Below are positions 54,793-64,000 of a stretch of 64,000 bases of DNA, piece after piece. A model generated the notes under the pieces. That model did no database searches. It worked only from the letters and a program-made list of their open reading frames with translations, and was not told where the DNA came from. Origin of the DNA: Candidatus Latescibacterota bacterium (lineage in GTDB: Bacteria; Latescibacterota; UBA2968; UBA8231); assembly GCA_965221775.1 (NCBI GenBank), contig CBDCSU010000005.1, positions 1,408,001-1,472,000 on the forward strand, in the 5' to 3' direction. The first letter of the stretch is position 1. The number at the start of each line of letters is the position of its first letter. A program made the translations under genes and the position numbers.

Positions 54793-56868
54793 TTGCAGTT
54801 CCTCAACCCCCTGGCCCTGGCCGGGCTCGCGGCGGCCCTCGTCCCCCTCGCCGTCCACCTCCTGCACCGCGGCCGGCCGCGGGTCGTTCCCTTCAGCAAC
54901 GTCGCCTTCCTGCGGCGGGTCCACCTCAGCCACATGCGCGGCCTGCGACTGCGCCAGTGGCTGGTCCTGCTGCTGCGCATGCTCGCCGTCGCCTGCCTGG
55001 CCCTGGCCTGCGCCCGTCCCGCCCTTCAGGAGGGGGCCAGCCTCCTGGGAGGCTCGCGGCCGACCTCGGCGGTGGTGCTCCTCGACCACTCCTTCAGCGC
55101 CCGCTACAGCCCCCCCGGCGGACGCCTCTTCGACCGCCTCCGCCAGCGCGCCGACGAGGTCCTGTCCCTGTACGAGGACGGCCGCCACCGGGTGAGCGTG
55201 ATCCCCTTCGCCGCCCGCCCCGACAGCGCCGACGGCGCGGCCGTGGGCCTGCTGCGGGAGCGCCTGGCCGATCTCGCCCCCGGCGAGGCCGGCACCGACG
55301 TGTCGCGGGCCCTGCGCGCCGCCGCACGGCAGCTCGCCCGGACGCCGGCGGCGCGGGGGGAGATCTACCTGTTCACCGACCTGGCGCGGGCCGGCTGGGA
55401 GGACGTCCGCCCCGGCCTCCTCGGCCCCGGCCCGCGGACCCTCTTCGTCGTCTCTGCCGCCGGCGGCCGGCGCCGCAACCTCCACGTCCCCGAGGTGCGC
55501 GCCGCGGGCTGGCTGGCCGCCCCGGGCGCGCGCCTCGGCATCGGCGCCCGGGTGGGCCAGTCGGGGGGCGGCGAGGCCGATCTCTCCGTCGACCTCTTCC
55601 TCGACGGCGAGCGCGTGCAGCGGCGGCGGGTGCAGGTGCCGGCGTCGGGCGCGGCGGAGGCGGCCTTCACCGTGGCCCCCCGGCGCAGCGGCCGGCTCCC
55701 CGGCTTCGTGGAGGTCGAGGCCGACGACCTGCCCGCCGACAACCGCCGCTACTTCATCCTCCAGGTGCCCGAAGGCGTCGCCGTCCTGGTGGCGGGGCCG
55801 GCCCGGAGCGACACCTACTACGCCCGCCGCGCCCTGGCCGCCGCGGCCACCGGCGACGCCGCCCTGAAGGTGGAGGCCGCCACCCTCGACGAGCTGGACG
55901 ACGACAGCCTGGCCGGCGTCGACGTGCTGGTCCTGTGCCATCTGGAGAACGCGACCGCCGCACAGGCGAGGCAGGTGCGGCGCTTCGTCGAGGCCGGCGG
56001 CGGGCTGCTGCTGCTGCCCGGCCCGGCGGCCGACCTGGCCCGCCTCAACCGCGACTGGCTGCCGGGGCTGGTGCCGGCCACCCTCGCCGGCGTCGCCGGA
56101 CGGCCGGGCGAGGAGGCCTATGCCGTTCTCGACTCGAACAGCGCCGACGCCGGGCTCTTCGCCGGCCTCCTGGCCGAGCCCGGGGACCGGCCCCGCTTTC
56201 AGGCCCGCTTCGACGTGGTCACCCGGCGCCAGCTCGCCGTCCTCGCCCGCTTCGACGACGGCAGGCCCGCCCTCGTCGAGGGCCGGCCCGGCGAGGGGCG
56301 CGCCCTGCTGTGGGCCGTGCCCCTCGACCTGGCCTGGAGCGACTGGCCCCGGCGCGGCTCCTTCGTGCCGCTGCTGCACCGGCTGTGCCGCTACCTCGCG
56401 CGGCCGGCGGGGGACGCCGCCTACACCGTGGGGGACCGCGCCTGGCGCCGCCTTCCCGGCTCGCGGGTGGACGACCGCGTGCAGGCGCAGGCGCCCTCCG
56501 GCCGCCGGCGCTTCATCCGCGCCGAGACCTCTCTCGGGGACCTGCGCTGGGCCCTGCCGCCGCTGGACGAGGCGGGCATCTGGCGCCTCCTGGGGCCCGA
56601 CGGCAGCGTCCGCGACGAGTTCGCCGTCAACGTCGACCCCGCCGAGTCCGACCTCACGGCCCTGTCCGAGCAGGAGATCCGCGATCGGCTCCCGGGGGCG
56701 AGCCTCCACTTCCTCGACGACGGGACGCCCCTGGGGGAGCGGGTCCTGGCCCTGCGCCACGGCCGCGAGCTGTGGCGGGAGTGCCTGGTCCTGGCCCTGG
56801 CGCTGCTGCTGCTGGAGTTGTGGATCGCGCGGGCGCCGCTGCCGAAGGCGGCGGCCCGGGGGGCCTGA
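54793..56868 (+). CDS. BatA-domain/vWA membrane-anchored protein
   Basis: FLNP...PLAVHL...VPFS (BatA); LLDHSFS...FTD (vWA); DDLPADN; AVNVDPAESDL; C-terminal ELW TM segment. Confidence 0.85.
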   Translation: MQFLNPLALAGLAAALVPLAVHLLHRGRPRVVPFSNVAFLRRVHLSHMRGLRLRQWLVLLLRMLAVACLALACARPALQEGASLLGGSRPTSAVVLLDHSFSARYSPPGGRLFDRLRQRADEVLSLYEDGRHRVSVIPFAARPDSADGAAVGLLRERLADLAPGEAGTDVSRALRAAARQLARTPAARGEIYLFTDLARAGWEDVRPGLLGPGPRTLFVVSAAGGRRRNLHVPEVRAAGWLAAPGARLGIGARVGQSGGGEADLSVDLFLDGERVQRRRVQVPASGAAEAAFTVAPRRSGRLPGFVEVEADDLPADNRRYFILQVPEGVAVLVAGPARSDTYYARRALAAAATGDAALKVEAATLDELDDDSLAGVDVLVLCHLENATAAQARQVRRFVEAGGGLLLLPGPAADLARLNRDWLPGLVPATLAGVAGRPGEEAYAVLDSNSADAGLFAGLLAEPGDRPRFQARFDVVTRRQLAVLARFDDGRPALVEGRPGEGRALLWAVPLDLAWSDWPRRGSFVPLLHRLCRYLARPAGDAAYTVGDRAWRRLPGSRVDDRVQAQAPSGRRRFIRAETSLGDLRWALPPLDEAGIWRLLGPDGSVRDEFAVNVDPAESDLTALSEQEIRDRLPGASLHFLDDGTPLGERVLALRHGRELWRECLVLALALLLLELWIARAPLPKAAARGA

Positions 56869-57210
56869 TCAGCCGTCGAGGCCGCGCAGCATCTCGAAGG
56901 TGTAGATGCCGTCCTCGTGGCCGTCGGCCCAGTGGATGCGGATGCCGTAGCGGCCCACCGGGTCGAAGCCCCGGGCCTCGGAGGTGGGCGTCACCTCCTC
57001 GGTGGTGACGATGGGCAGCTCCGCCGCCACCAGCTGCGGCCCGTGGGGCTCGCCGCGCTTCTGGCGGCAGATGGCGCAGGGGCACCGCATCCGCAGGTCC
57101 TGCAGGTCGTAGCGGCTCTCGCGGTCGTCCTGCCAGCGGATGGTCAGGGCCTCGTCGCCCAGGTCGATCCGCGCCGGGCGGCGCTTCCGGCGCTCCTCGA
57201 GACCCCTCAT
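56869..57210 (-). CDS. DUF971/GBBH-N-like protein
   Basis: LRMRCPCAIC, VGRYGI.I.WADGHEDGIYTF. Confidence 0.88.
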   Translation of the reverse strand: MRGLEERRKRRPARIDLGDEALTIRWQDDRESRYDLQDLRMRCPCAICRQKRGEPHGPQLVAAELPIVTTEEVTPTSEARGFDPVGRYGIRIHWADGHEDGIYTFEMLRGLDG

Positions 57211-58577
57211 CACCAGACCTCCCCGGCCAGGCGCGCCTCCAGCTCGTAGGCGTGGGCGCCGGTGATCTCCACTTCGGCGAAGCGGCCCACCAGCCGGTCC
57301 CCGTCCGGGGCCTCCGGCGCCGCCCCCTCGATGGGGGTCAGGCCCTCCGGCCCCGGCGCCTCGAGGACCACCTGCCCGTCGATCTCCGGCGCGTCGCGCT
57401 CGAGCCGGCCGGTGATCCGCCCCTCGGAGACGGAGTCGATCAGCATCTTCCGCCGCGTGCCGACCATGTCGTGGTTGATCGCCGCCGAGATGCGCTCCTG
57501 GAGCTGGGTCAGGCGGCGGTAGCGGTCGGCGGTGACGTGGGCCGGCAGCTTGCCGTCCAGCTCGAAGGCGGCGGTGCCCTCCTCGTCGGAGTAGAGGAAG
57601 CAGGTGGCGTTGTCGAAGCGGGTCGTCTCGATGAACTCCAGCAGCTCCTCGAACTGTTCCTCCGTCTCGCCCGGGAAGCCGACGATGAAGGAGGAGCGCA
57701 GGCCGACGCCGGGCATGCGCCGGCGCAGGCGGTGCAGCAGGTCGAGGGTCTTGCGGCGCGTGGTCGCCCGCTTCATGCGCCGCAGCACCGGGTCGGCGAT
57801 GTGCTGCAGCGGCATGTCCACGTAGCGGCACATCTTCGGGTGGCCGGCGTAGAAGTCGAGCATCTCCGCGGTCCAGAAGGCCGGGTAGGTGTACATCAGC
57901 CGCAGCCACTCGATCCCATCCACCCCGGCCAGCTGCTCCAGCAGCGGCACCAGCCGCGGCCGCCCGTAGAGATCGGCGCCGTAGCGCACCGAGTCCTGGG
58001 CCACCAGGACCAGCTCGCGCACCCCCGCCGCCGCCAGCCGCTCGGCCTCGGCCACCAGCTCCTCCACCGGCTCGCTCACGTGGCGGCCGCGGATGGCGGG
58101 GATGGCGCAGAACGCGCACTGGTGGTCGCAGCCGTCGGAGATCCGCAGGTAGGCCCAGTGGCGCGGCGTCAGGCTGGTGCGCGGCAGGCGGTCGACGTAG
58201 TGGCCGCGGCTGCGGCCGAGGAGGCGGTCCACGTGGCGCACGATGTCCCGCTCCTCGCGCAGGGTGAGGACCACGTCGGCCTCTTCGGACAGCTCCGCCT
58301 TCACCTCCTCCTCGTAGCGCGTCGACAGGCAGCCGGTGACGACGACCCCCTTGCAGCGGCCCGACTCCTTGAGGCGGGCGGCGGCCAGGATCGTGTCGAT
58401 CGACTCCTCCTTGGCCGGCTCGATGAAGCCGCAGGTGTTGACGATGACCACGTCGGCGTCATCCGGATCGCCGGTGAGGGTGTAGTCGTTGCCGCGCAGC
58501 AGGCCGAGCATGCGCTCGGAGTCGACCGTGTTCTTGGGGCAGCCGAGGCTGATGAGGTGGACGCGGGAGTCGCTCAT
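57210..58577 (-). CDS. rimO: Ribosomal protein S12 methylthiotransferase
   Basis: SLGCPKNTVDSE, NTCGFI, CDHQCAFC radical-SAM motif, YVDMPLQH, DAPEIDG. Confidence 0.96.
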   Translation of the reverse strand: MSDSRVHLISLGCPKNTVDSERMLGLLRGNDYTLTGDPDDADVVIVNTCGFIEPAKEESIDTILAAARLKESGRCKGVVVTGCLSTRYEEEVKAELSEEADVVLTLREERDIVRHVDRLLGRSRGHYVDRLPRTSLTPRHWAYLRISDGCDHQCAFCAIPAIRGRHVSEPVEELVAEAERLAAAGVRELVLVAQDSVRYGADLYGRPRLVPLLEQLAGVDGIEWLRLMYTYPAFWTAEMLDFYAGHPKMCRYVDMPLQHIADPVLRRMKRATTRRKTLDLLHRLRRRMPGVGLRSSFIVGFPGETEEQFEELLEFIETTRFDNATCFLYSDEEGTAAFELDGKLPAHVTADRYRRLTQLQERISAAINHDMVGTRRKMLIDSVSEGRITGRLERDAPEIDGQVVLEAPGPEGLTPIEGAAPEAPDGDRLVGRFAEVEITGAHAYELEARLAGEVW

Positions 58578-59677
58578 GGGTACCTGCGCTGCAGGAAGGA
58601 TACGGCCTCGCGGACGATCTCGTCGTCGACGCCGTCCACGACCTCGACGCGGCCGATGCCGCGGGCGAGGATGAAGCGGTTGCGCCCGGAGGCGCGCTTC
58701 TTGTCGGCCCGGGTGTGCTCGAAGATGCGCCCGGCGTCGATGCCGCCGACCCCGGGGCGCACGCCCAGGCGCTCCACCAGGGCGTCGTGCCGGCCCCGCG
58801 CCCCCTCGCTCTCCCACAGGCCGAGGCGCGCCGCGATCTCGGCGGCGGCGGCCATGCCGAGCAGCACGGCCTCGCCGTGGCGGAAGCCGTATCCGGAGGC
58901 CGCCTCGATGGCGTGGCCGAGGGTGTGGCCGTAGTTGAGGATCGCCCGCAGGCCGCCCTCGCGCTCGTCGGCGGCGACCACCCCGGCCTTGATGCGGGCG
59001 TTGCGGGCGATGAGGTCGTCCAGCTCGGCGGCGCCGATGCCCATCTCCACGACCTCCTCCAGGCGCTCCTCGAGGAAGGCGAAGAGCTCCTCGTCGCGGA
59101 TGACGCCGTGCTTGACGACCTCCGCCAGGCCGGCCACCACTTCCTCGCGCGGCAGGGTGCGCAGGCTGTCGGTGTCGGCCAGGACCAGCCGCGGCTGGTG
59201 GAAGGCGCCCACCAGGTTCTTCCCTTGGCGCAGGTTGACCGCCGTCTTGCCGCCGATGCTGGCGTCGACCTGGGAGACGATCGTCGTCGGCACCTGCACC
59301 ACGTCGACGCCGCGCAGGTAGCTGGCGGCCACGAAGCCGGCCAGGTCGCCGACGACGCCCCCGCCGACGGCGGCGACCCAGGCGCCGCGGTCGAGGCCGG
59401 CGGCGGACATGCCCGAGGCCAGCTGCTCCACCGAGGCCAGGTTCTTGCCCTCCTCGCCGGTGGCGTACTCCAGGAGGAGGACCTCGAAGCCGGCGTCGCC
59501 CAGGCTGCGGCGGACCTGCTCCACGAAGGTCTCCGCCAGGGCCGCGTCCCCGATGAGGGCGCAGACCTTCCCCAGCCCCAGGCCGCGGCAGCGCTCCCCG
59601 AGGACGCCGACGGCGCCGTGACCGACGACGATGTCGTAGTCCCTCCCGCCCGGCAGCCGGACGGCGACCTCCTTCAC
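58574..59677 (-). CDS. aroB: 3-dehydroquinate synthase
   Basis: GGGVVGDLAGF, PTT..SQVDASIGGKT, LNYGHTLGHAIE, HGEAV, DKK. Confidence 0.97.
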   Translation of the reverse strand: MKEVAVRLPGGRDYDIVVGHGAVGVLGERCRGLGLGKVCALIGDAALAETFVEQVRRSLGDAGFEVLLLEYATGEEGKNLASVEQLASGMSAAGLDRGAWVAAVGGGVVGDLAGFVAASYLRGVDVVQVPTTIVSQVDASIGGKTAVNLRQGKNLVGAFHQPRLVLADTDSLRTLPREEVVAGLAEVVKHGVIRDEELFAFLEERLEEVVEMGIGAAELDDLIARNARIKAGVVAADEREGGLRAILNYGHTLGHAIEAASGYGFRHGEAVLLGMAAAAEIAARLGLWESEGARGRHDALVERLGVRPGVGGIDAGRIFEHTRADKKRASGRNRFILARGIGRVEVVDGVDDEIVREAVSFLQRRYP

Positions 59678-60210
59678 GAGGCGCGCTCCTCCAGGCGCCG
59701 GACCAGGCCGCCGGCCACCGCCGCGGCCGAGGTCTGCTCCGAGGTGCGCACGGTGATGTCGGCGGCACCGTAGAAGGGGGCGCGCTCGGCCAGCATCTCC
59801 TCGATCCGGCTCCGCCGCTGCTCCGGCGTCAGGCCGGCCAGCAGGGGGCGGTCCTCCTTCCGGGACAGCCGCTTGAGAATGGTCTCCACGTCGGCTTCGA
59901 CGCAGACGAGGACGGCGCCGGCGCCGCGGATCGCCTCGCGGTTCCCGCTCCGGGTGATCGCGCCGCCTCCGAGGGCGACGACGGCCCCGTCGAGGGCCGC
60001 GGCCTCCCGCACGCAGGCGGACTCCAGCTCGCGGAAGGCCTCCTCGCCGCGGTCGGCGAAGATCTCGGGGACCGTCTGCCCGGCGCGCTGCTCCACCATC
60101 TGGTCGGTGTCGTAGAAGGGTCGGCCGAGACGGGCCGCCAGCAGCCGGCCGATGCGGCTCTTGCCGGTGGCCATGAAGCCGGTGAGGAAGATCGGCCGCG
60201 GGCGCTCCAC
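59674..60210 (-). CDS. aroK: Shikimate kinase
   Basis: GFMATGKS, DTD, GEEAFRELE, ALGGG, RPLL, R.PFY. Confidence 0.95.
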   Translation of the reverse strand: MERPRPIFLTGFMATGKSRIGRLLAARLGRPFYDTDQMVEQRAGQTVPEIFADRGEEAFRELESACVREAAALDGAVVALGGGAITRSGNREAIRGAGAVLVCVEADVETILKRLSRKEDRPLLAGLTPEQRRSRIEEMLAERAPFYGAADITVRTSEQTSAAAVAGGLVRRLEERAS

Positions 60211-61919
60211 TACATCTCCTCGGGGGCGCTCATGCCGAGCAGGTCCAGCCCCGTGCGCAAGACCCCGCGCGTCCCGTCCACGAGCCGCACCCGCGCCGCC
60301 GTCAGGGCCTCGTCGCCGGCCACCAGCACGGGCACCTCGTTGTAGAGCTTGTTCGCCGCCGTGGCCAGCTCCAGCAGGTAGCCGGCCACGTACGACGGCT
60401 CGTTCTCCTCGGCCGCGGACTCGACGACGCCGGGGAACTCGGAGAGCTTGCGCGCCAGCCGCATCTCCCCGTCCTCTCCCAGGCGGCCGGTGTCGGCGGC
60501 CGGGTCCACGGGGCGGCCGTGGCGCCGCAGGATGCTGCAGTAGCGGGCGTGGGTGTACTGCACGTACGGCCCGGTCTCGCCGTCGAAGTTGAGGACCTCC
60601 TCCAGGGAGAAGTTGATGTCGCGCGTGCGGCGGTTGTTGACGTCGGCGAAGACGACGGCGCTGATCCCCACCTGGCGCGCCACCTCCGCGGCGCCGGGCA
60701 GGTCCGGGTTCTTCTCGGCGATGATGCCCTCCGTGAGGGCGATCGCCTGGTCGAGGACCTCCTCGAGGATGATGATCTCGCCCTTGCGCGTGGCCAGGGC
60801 CCGGCCGCGGAAGGACATGAGCCCGAAGGGCGCGTGCTCGCAGCGGCCGATCCAGTCGACGCCGGCCCGCCGCAGGGCGCCGAAGAGCTGCTCGAAGTGC
60901 AGGCTCTGCCGCTTGTCGGTGACGTAGACCATCTTGTCGAAGGCGTGTTGCCGGTGCCGGTAGAGGAGCGCCGCCAGGTCGCGGCTGTGGTAGGTGCTGG
61001 TGCCGTTGGAGGTGCGCAGCATGAGCGGCGCCGGCTGGTCCTCGAGGGGCACGATGAGGGCGCCCTCGCTCTCCGCCGCCAGCCCCCGCTCCTCGAAGAA
61101 GGCGATCACCTCGTCGAGCTGGCCGGCGTAGTGGCTCTCCCCCAGGCTCTCGTCGAAGCGCACGCCGAGGATGCCGTAGATGCGCTCCGCCTCCTTGCGG
61201 CCCTCCTCCGAGAACCAGCGCCAGAGCCGGGTCATCTCGTCGTCGCCGGCGGCCAGGGCCCGCAGGCAGTCCCGGGCCCGGTCGCGCAGCTCCGGGTGCT
61301 CCTCGGCCTCGCGGTTGAAGCGCACATAAAGGGCGACCAGCTCCCGGATCGGGTCGGCGCGGATGCGCTCGTCGTCGCCCCAGGCGGCGTACGCCGCCAG
61401 CAGCTGGCCGAAGTTGGCGCCGTAGTCGCCGAGGTGGTTGATGCCGACGCAGCGCCAGCCGAGGAACTCGTGGATGCGGTAGATGGCGTGGCCGATGGCG
61501 GTGGAGCGCAGGTGGGCGATGGAGAAGGGCCGCGCCAGGTTCGGCGACGAGAAGTCGATGGCCACGGTGCGGCCGGCGCCCTGGCGGCGGCTGCCGTACT
61601 CCCGGCCGCCGGCGGCGATCTCGTCGAGGGTGTGGCCGATGAAGGCGGGCCGGTGGAGGGTGAAGTTGACGTACGGGCCGGCGGCGGCGACGGCGGCGAT
61701 GCGTCCCCCGGGGCCGGTCTCCGGCTCGATGCGGGCGGCGATCTCGGCGGCGATCTGGGCCGGGTTGCGGCGAAGCTCCTTGGCCAGGACGAAGCACGGG
61801 AGAGCGTAGTCGCCCATGCCTTCGTCCGGGGGTACGGCGAGCAGCCCGCGCACGGTGGACGGGTCCAGGCCTCCGGCGGCGGCCGTCCTGTCGACGATCT
61901 CCTCCAGGAAGGGGTTCAC
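60210..61919 (-). CDS. argS: Arginine--tRNA ligase
   Basis: DFSSPN, HLRST.IG, NHLGDYG, GETGPYVQYTHAR, C-terminal APEEM. Confidence 0.96.
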   Translation of the reverse strand: MNPFLEEIVDRTAAAGGLDPSTVRGLLAVPPDEGMGDYALPCFVLAKELRRNPAQIAAEIAARIEPETGPGGRIAAVAAAGPYVNFTLHRPAFIGHTLDEIAAGGREYGSRRQGAGRTVAIDFSSPNLARPFSIAHLRSTAIGHAIYRIHEFLGWRCVGINHLGDYGANFGQLLAAYAAWGDDERIRADPIRELVALYVRFNREAEEHPELRDRARDCLRALAAGDDEMTRLWRWFSEEGRKEAERIYGILGVRFDESLGESHYAGQLDEVIAFFEERGLAAESEGALIVPLEDQPAPLMLRTSNGTSTYHSRDLAALLYRHRQHAFDKMVYVTDKRQSLHFEQLFGALRRAGVDWIGRCEHAPFGLMSFRGRALATRKGEIIILEEVLDQAIALTEGIIAEKNPDLPGAAEVARQVGISAVVFADVNNRRTRDINFSLEEVLNFDGETGPYVQYTHARYCSILRRHGRPVDPAADTGRLGEDGEMRLARKLSEFPGVVESAAEENEPSYVAGYLLELATAANKLYNEVPVLVAGDEALTAARVRLVDGTRGVLRTGLDLLGMSAPEEM

Positions 61920-61929
61920 CCGGCTGCCC

Positions 61930-62763
61930 TCACGGCTCGATGGCCCGGCGCATGGCGTCCACCGGCGGCTGGACGCCGGTCCAGATCTGGAAGGACCGGG
62001 CGCCCTGGTGGACCAGCATCCCCAACCCGTCCAGGGCCCGCGCCCCGGCGGCCCGGGCCTGCTCCAGGAGGCGCGTGCGCAGCGGCTTGTAGACGATGTC
62101 GAGGACGACCATGCCGTCGTGGAGGACGCTCCCGTCGCCCAGGGGCGAGACCCCGGCCTCCGGCTCCATGCCGATGGAGGTGGCGTTGATCACCAGTCCC
62201 GCCTCGCGCACGGAGCCGGTCTCCGCCAGCGGCGCGACACGCACCCGGCGGCCATCGTCCATGGCCTCGGCCAGGCTCTCCGCCCGGGAGAGGGTGCGGT
62301 TCAGCAGGATCACCTCCTCCACCTCCCCGCGGCAGAGCAGGGCGTGGAGGACGGCCTTCGCCGCCCCCCCGGCGCCGAGAAGGGCGACCTTCGGCGGCAG
62401 CCGCTCCAGGCCGCCCTCGCCCAGACTGGCCAGCACCCCGTACGCGTCGGTGTTGTGACCCACCAGGCGGCCGTCCCGGTGGTCGATGGTGTTCACCGCG
62501 CCGATGGCCCGCGCCTCGGGGGCGACCTCGTCGAGGCCGGGGATGACCGCCTGCTTGTGGGGCACGGTGACGTTGAGGCCGCGGACCCCGAGGTGGCGCA
62601 TGGCCGCGCCCACGTGGGCGGCGCCCTCCGGCGGCACCGGGAAGGCGACGTACACGTAGTCCAGGCCGGTGGCGGCCAGGGCCGCGTTGTGCATCGCCGG
62701 GGACGCCGAGTGCGCCACCGGATGGCCGATGACGCCGAGGACCCCGGTCCGTCCGGAGATCAA
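61930..62763 (-). CDS. aroE: Shikimate dehydrogenase
   Basis: HSASPAMHN, NVTVPHK, GAVNT, GHNTD, GAGGAA, MLVHQG. Confidence 0.96.
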   Translation of the reverse strand: MISGRTGVLGVIGHPVAHSASPAMHNAALAATGLDYVYVAFPVPPEGAAHVGAAMRHLGVRGLNVTVPHKQAVIPGLDEVAPEARAIGAVNTIDHRDGRLVGHNTDAYGVLASLGEGGLERLPPKVALLGAGGAAKAVLHALLCRGEVEEVILLNRTLSRAESLAEAMDDGRRVRVAPLAETGSVREAGLVINATSIGMEPEAGVSPLGDGSVLHDGMVVLDIVYKPLRTRLLEQARAAGARALDGLGMLVHQGARSFQIWTGVQPPVDAMRRAIEP

Positions 62764-62900
62764 CCGAGGAGATCCTCCAGGAACTGGTCGGCGATCTCGA
62801 GGGACTCGCTCCAGCTGGCCCCGTAGAGGACCTTGATCATCAGGACACCGCCGCCGAAGACCACGGCTCCGAGCACCAGCAACCGCAACATCGTTCTCAT
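62760..62900 (-). CDS. Small membrane protein (46 aa)
   Basis: MRTMLRLLVLGAVVFGGGVLMIKVLYG...; exactly bridges the aroA-like stop and the aroE start; AGGAG upstream. Confidence 0.6.
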   Translation of the reverse strand: MRTMLRLLVLGAVVFGGGVLMIKVLYGASWSESLEIADQFLEDLLG

Positions 62901-64000
62901 CACGCATTCTCCTTGGCCCTTGGGGCCTGCAACCCGTCGAGTAGATCGAAGAATCCCGGGAAGGAGGCGTCGACGCACTCGGCGTCGTCGATCTCCATCT
63001 CCCCGTGGGCGACGAGACCGGCCACGGCGAAGGCCTGCACCAGGCCGGCGTGGCCCCGGCCGTCGATGCGCTCCCCCTTGAGCGGCCGTCCGCCCTCGAT
63101 GACCACACCCTCCGCATACTCGCCGACCTTGGCCTCGACCCGCCGCAGCTGGCCGACGAGGTGGTCGACGAAGTCGTACTCGCCCTGGCGCAGCGACCCG
63201 ATGTCGCGGATGATGAACTCCCCCTCCGTCTGGGTCGCCAGCACCGCCAGCAGGGCCACGTGCTCCAGCAGCTCCCGGGCCCGGCGGTCGGCCACCCGGG
63301 TCGCCTTGAGCCGCCCGGAGCCCTTGATCAGCAGATCGACGCTGCCGTCGTCGGCCCCGGCGATCTCCAGCTCGCCGCCGATCTGGCGCACGAGGTCGAC
63401 GAAGAGGCGGTTGCCGGGGCGCACCATCACGCGGCGCACGGCGACCTCGGCGCGGCGTACGGCCAGGGCCGCCACCACCACGGGCAGGGCCCCGGCCAAG
63501 TCCCCGGGGACGTCCACGTCCAGGGCCTTCGGCGCCGGGCCGGGAGTGAGTGTCAGGGTGCGCACCGGGGGATCGCCCTCGCGGCCGCTCTCCACCGGGA
63601 CGCCGCGTTCCTTCCAGGGCGCCTCGGCGCGGTCGCGGCAGGACGACGGCTCGCGGACCACCGTCGGCGCCTGCGCGAAGAGGCCCGCCGTCAGCAGGCC
63701 CAGCTTCACCGATGCCGGCAGGTCCGCCTCTTCGTGGCTGGCGCCTCCGGCGCCGGAAGCCGCCTCCAGGCGGAAGACGCCCCCGGCCTCTGCCGTGCCC
63801 GTGGAGCCGGAAACCGCCAGCAGCCGCAGGAGCTGATCCGCCCGGTCCCGCGCCGGCGCCGGGACCCGCACCCGGCTGCCAAAGGCTTGGCGCGCCAGGA
63901 TCGCCAGCGCCGGCAGCACCGCCTCCTCCGAGCCCTCCAGGTCGAGGACATCGTCCGCCGGCTCGAGCCCCGCCAGTCCGCGGCCGTCGACGCGGAAGCC
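62900..64000 (-). CDS. AroA (EPSP synthase)-fold protein with degenerate active site; 5' end lies outside the window
   Basis: Open from 64000 and colinear with AroA (GRGLAGLEPADDVLD, TVVREP, VPGD, LAVLATQTEG, ECVDASFPGFFDLL), but the catalytic motifs are altered. Confidence 0.85.
   Translation of the reverse strand, partial: GFRVDGRGLAGLEPADDVLDLEGSEEAVLPALAILARQAFGSRVRVPAPARDRADQLLRLLAVSGSTGTAEAGGVFRLEAASGAGGASHEEADLPASVKLGLLTAGLFAQAPTVVREPSSCRDRAEAPWKERGVPVESGREGDPPVRTLTLTPGPAPKALDVDVPGDLAGALPVVVAALAVRRAEVAVRRVMVRPGNRLFVDLVRQIGGELEIAGADDGSVDLLIKGSGRLKATRVADRRARELLEHVALLAVLATQTEGEFIIRDIGSLRQGEYDFVDHLVGQLRRVEAKVGEYAEGVVIEGGRPLKGERIDGRGHAGLVQAFAVAGLVAHGEMEIDDAECVDASFPGFFDLLDGLQAPRAKENA

Overview
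A very GC-rich bacterial window, about 70% by eye. The EF-hand/dockerin-like secreted protein, tandem DUF6785/6784-type membrane proteins, many Gfo/Idh/MocA and sulfatase-like genes and AAA-nuclease genes suggest a Latescibacterota-like or similar symbiont lineage; this is inference only. 0-7 kb is an RNA-conflict island: an MNT-HEPN toxin-antitoxin pair, a hicB whose hicA partner is internally deleted to 36 aa, the divergent Hen1-Pnkp RNA repair operon, and a 4x23-bp tandem array abutting the predicted promoter of an AAA/DUF4143 ATPase. 7-44 kb is a mosaic of accessory and catabolic genes: YiaK, M16 peptidase, oxidoreductases, two beta-helix paralogs, a SelA-like PLP enzyme, a Thr-type sulfatase-like hydrolase, a second HTH-MNT/HEPN pair, a LamG-CARDB protein, serpin, a low-GC serine protease, an AAA-PD-(D/E)XK protein and tandem membrane paralogs. 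44-54 kb is a surface-polysaccharide cluster. 54-64 kb holds PTS IIA, a BatA/vWA protein and a shikimate-pathway string (aroA-like, aroE, argS, aroK, aroB, rimO, DUF971). The most notable observations are an intact AroA homolog with nearly all catalytic motifs replaced, the orphaned HicB operator beside the hen1 start, the repeat-array/DUF4143 unit, and a recurring leaderless-promoter signature. No rRNA, tRNA, CRISPR array or IS element was recognised. All family calls come from motif recognition, not database searches.
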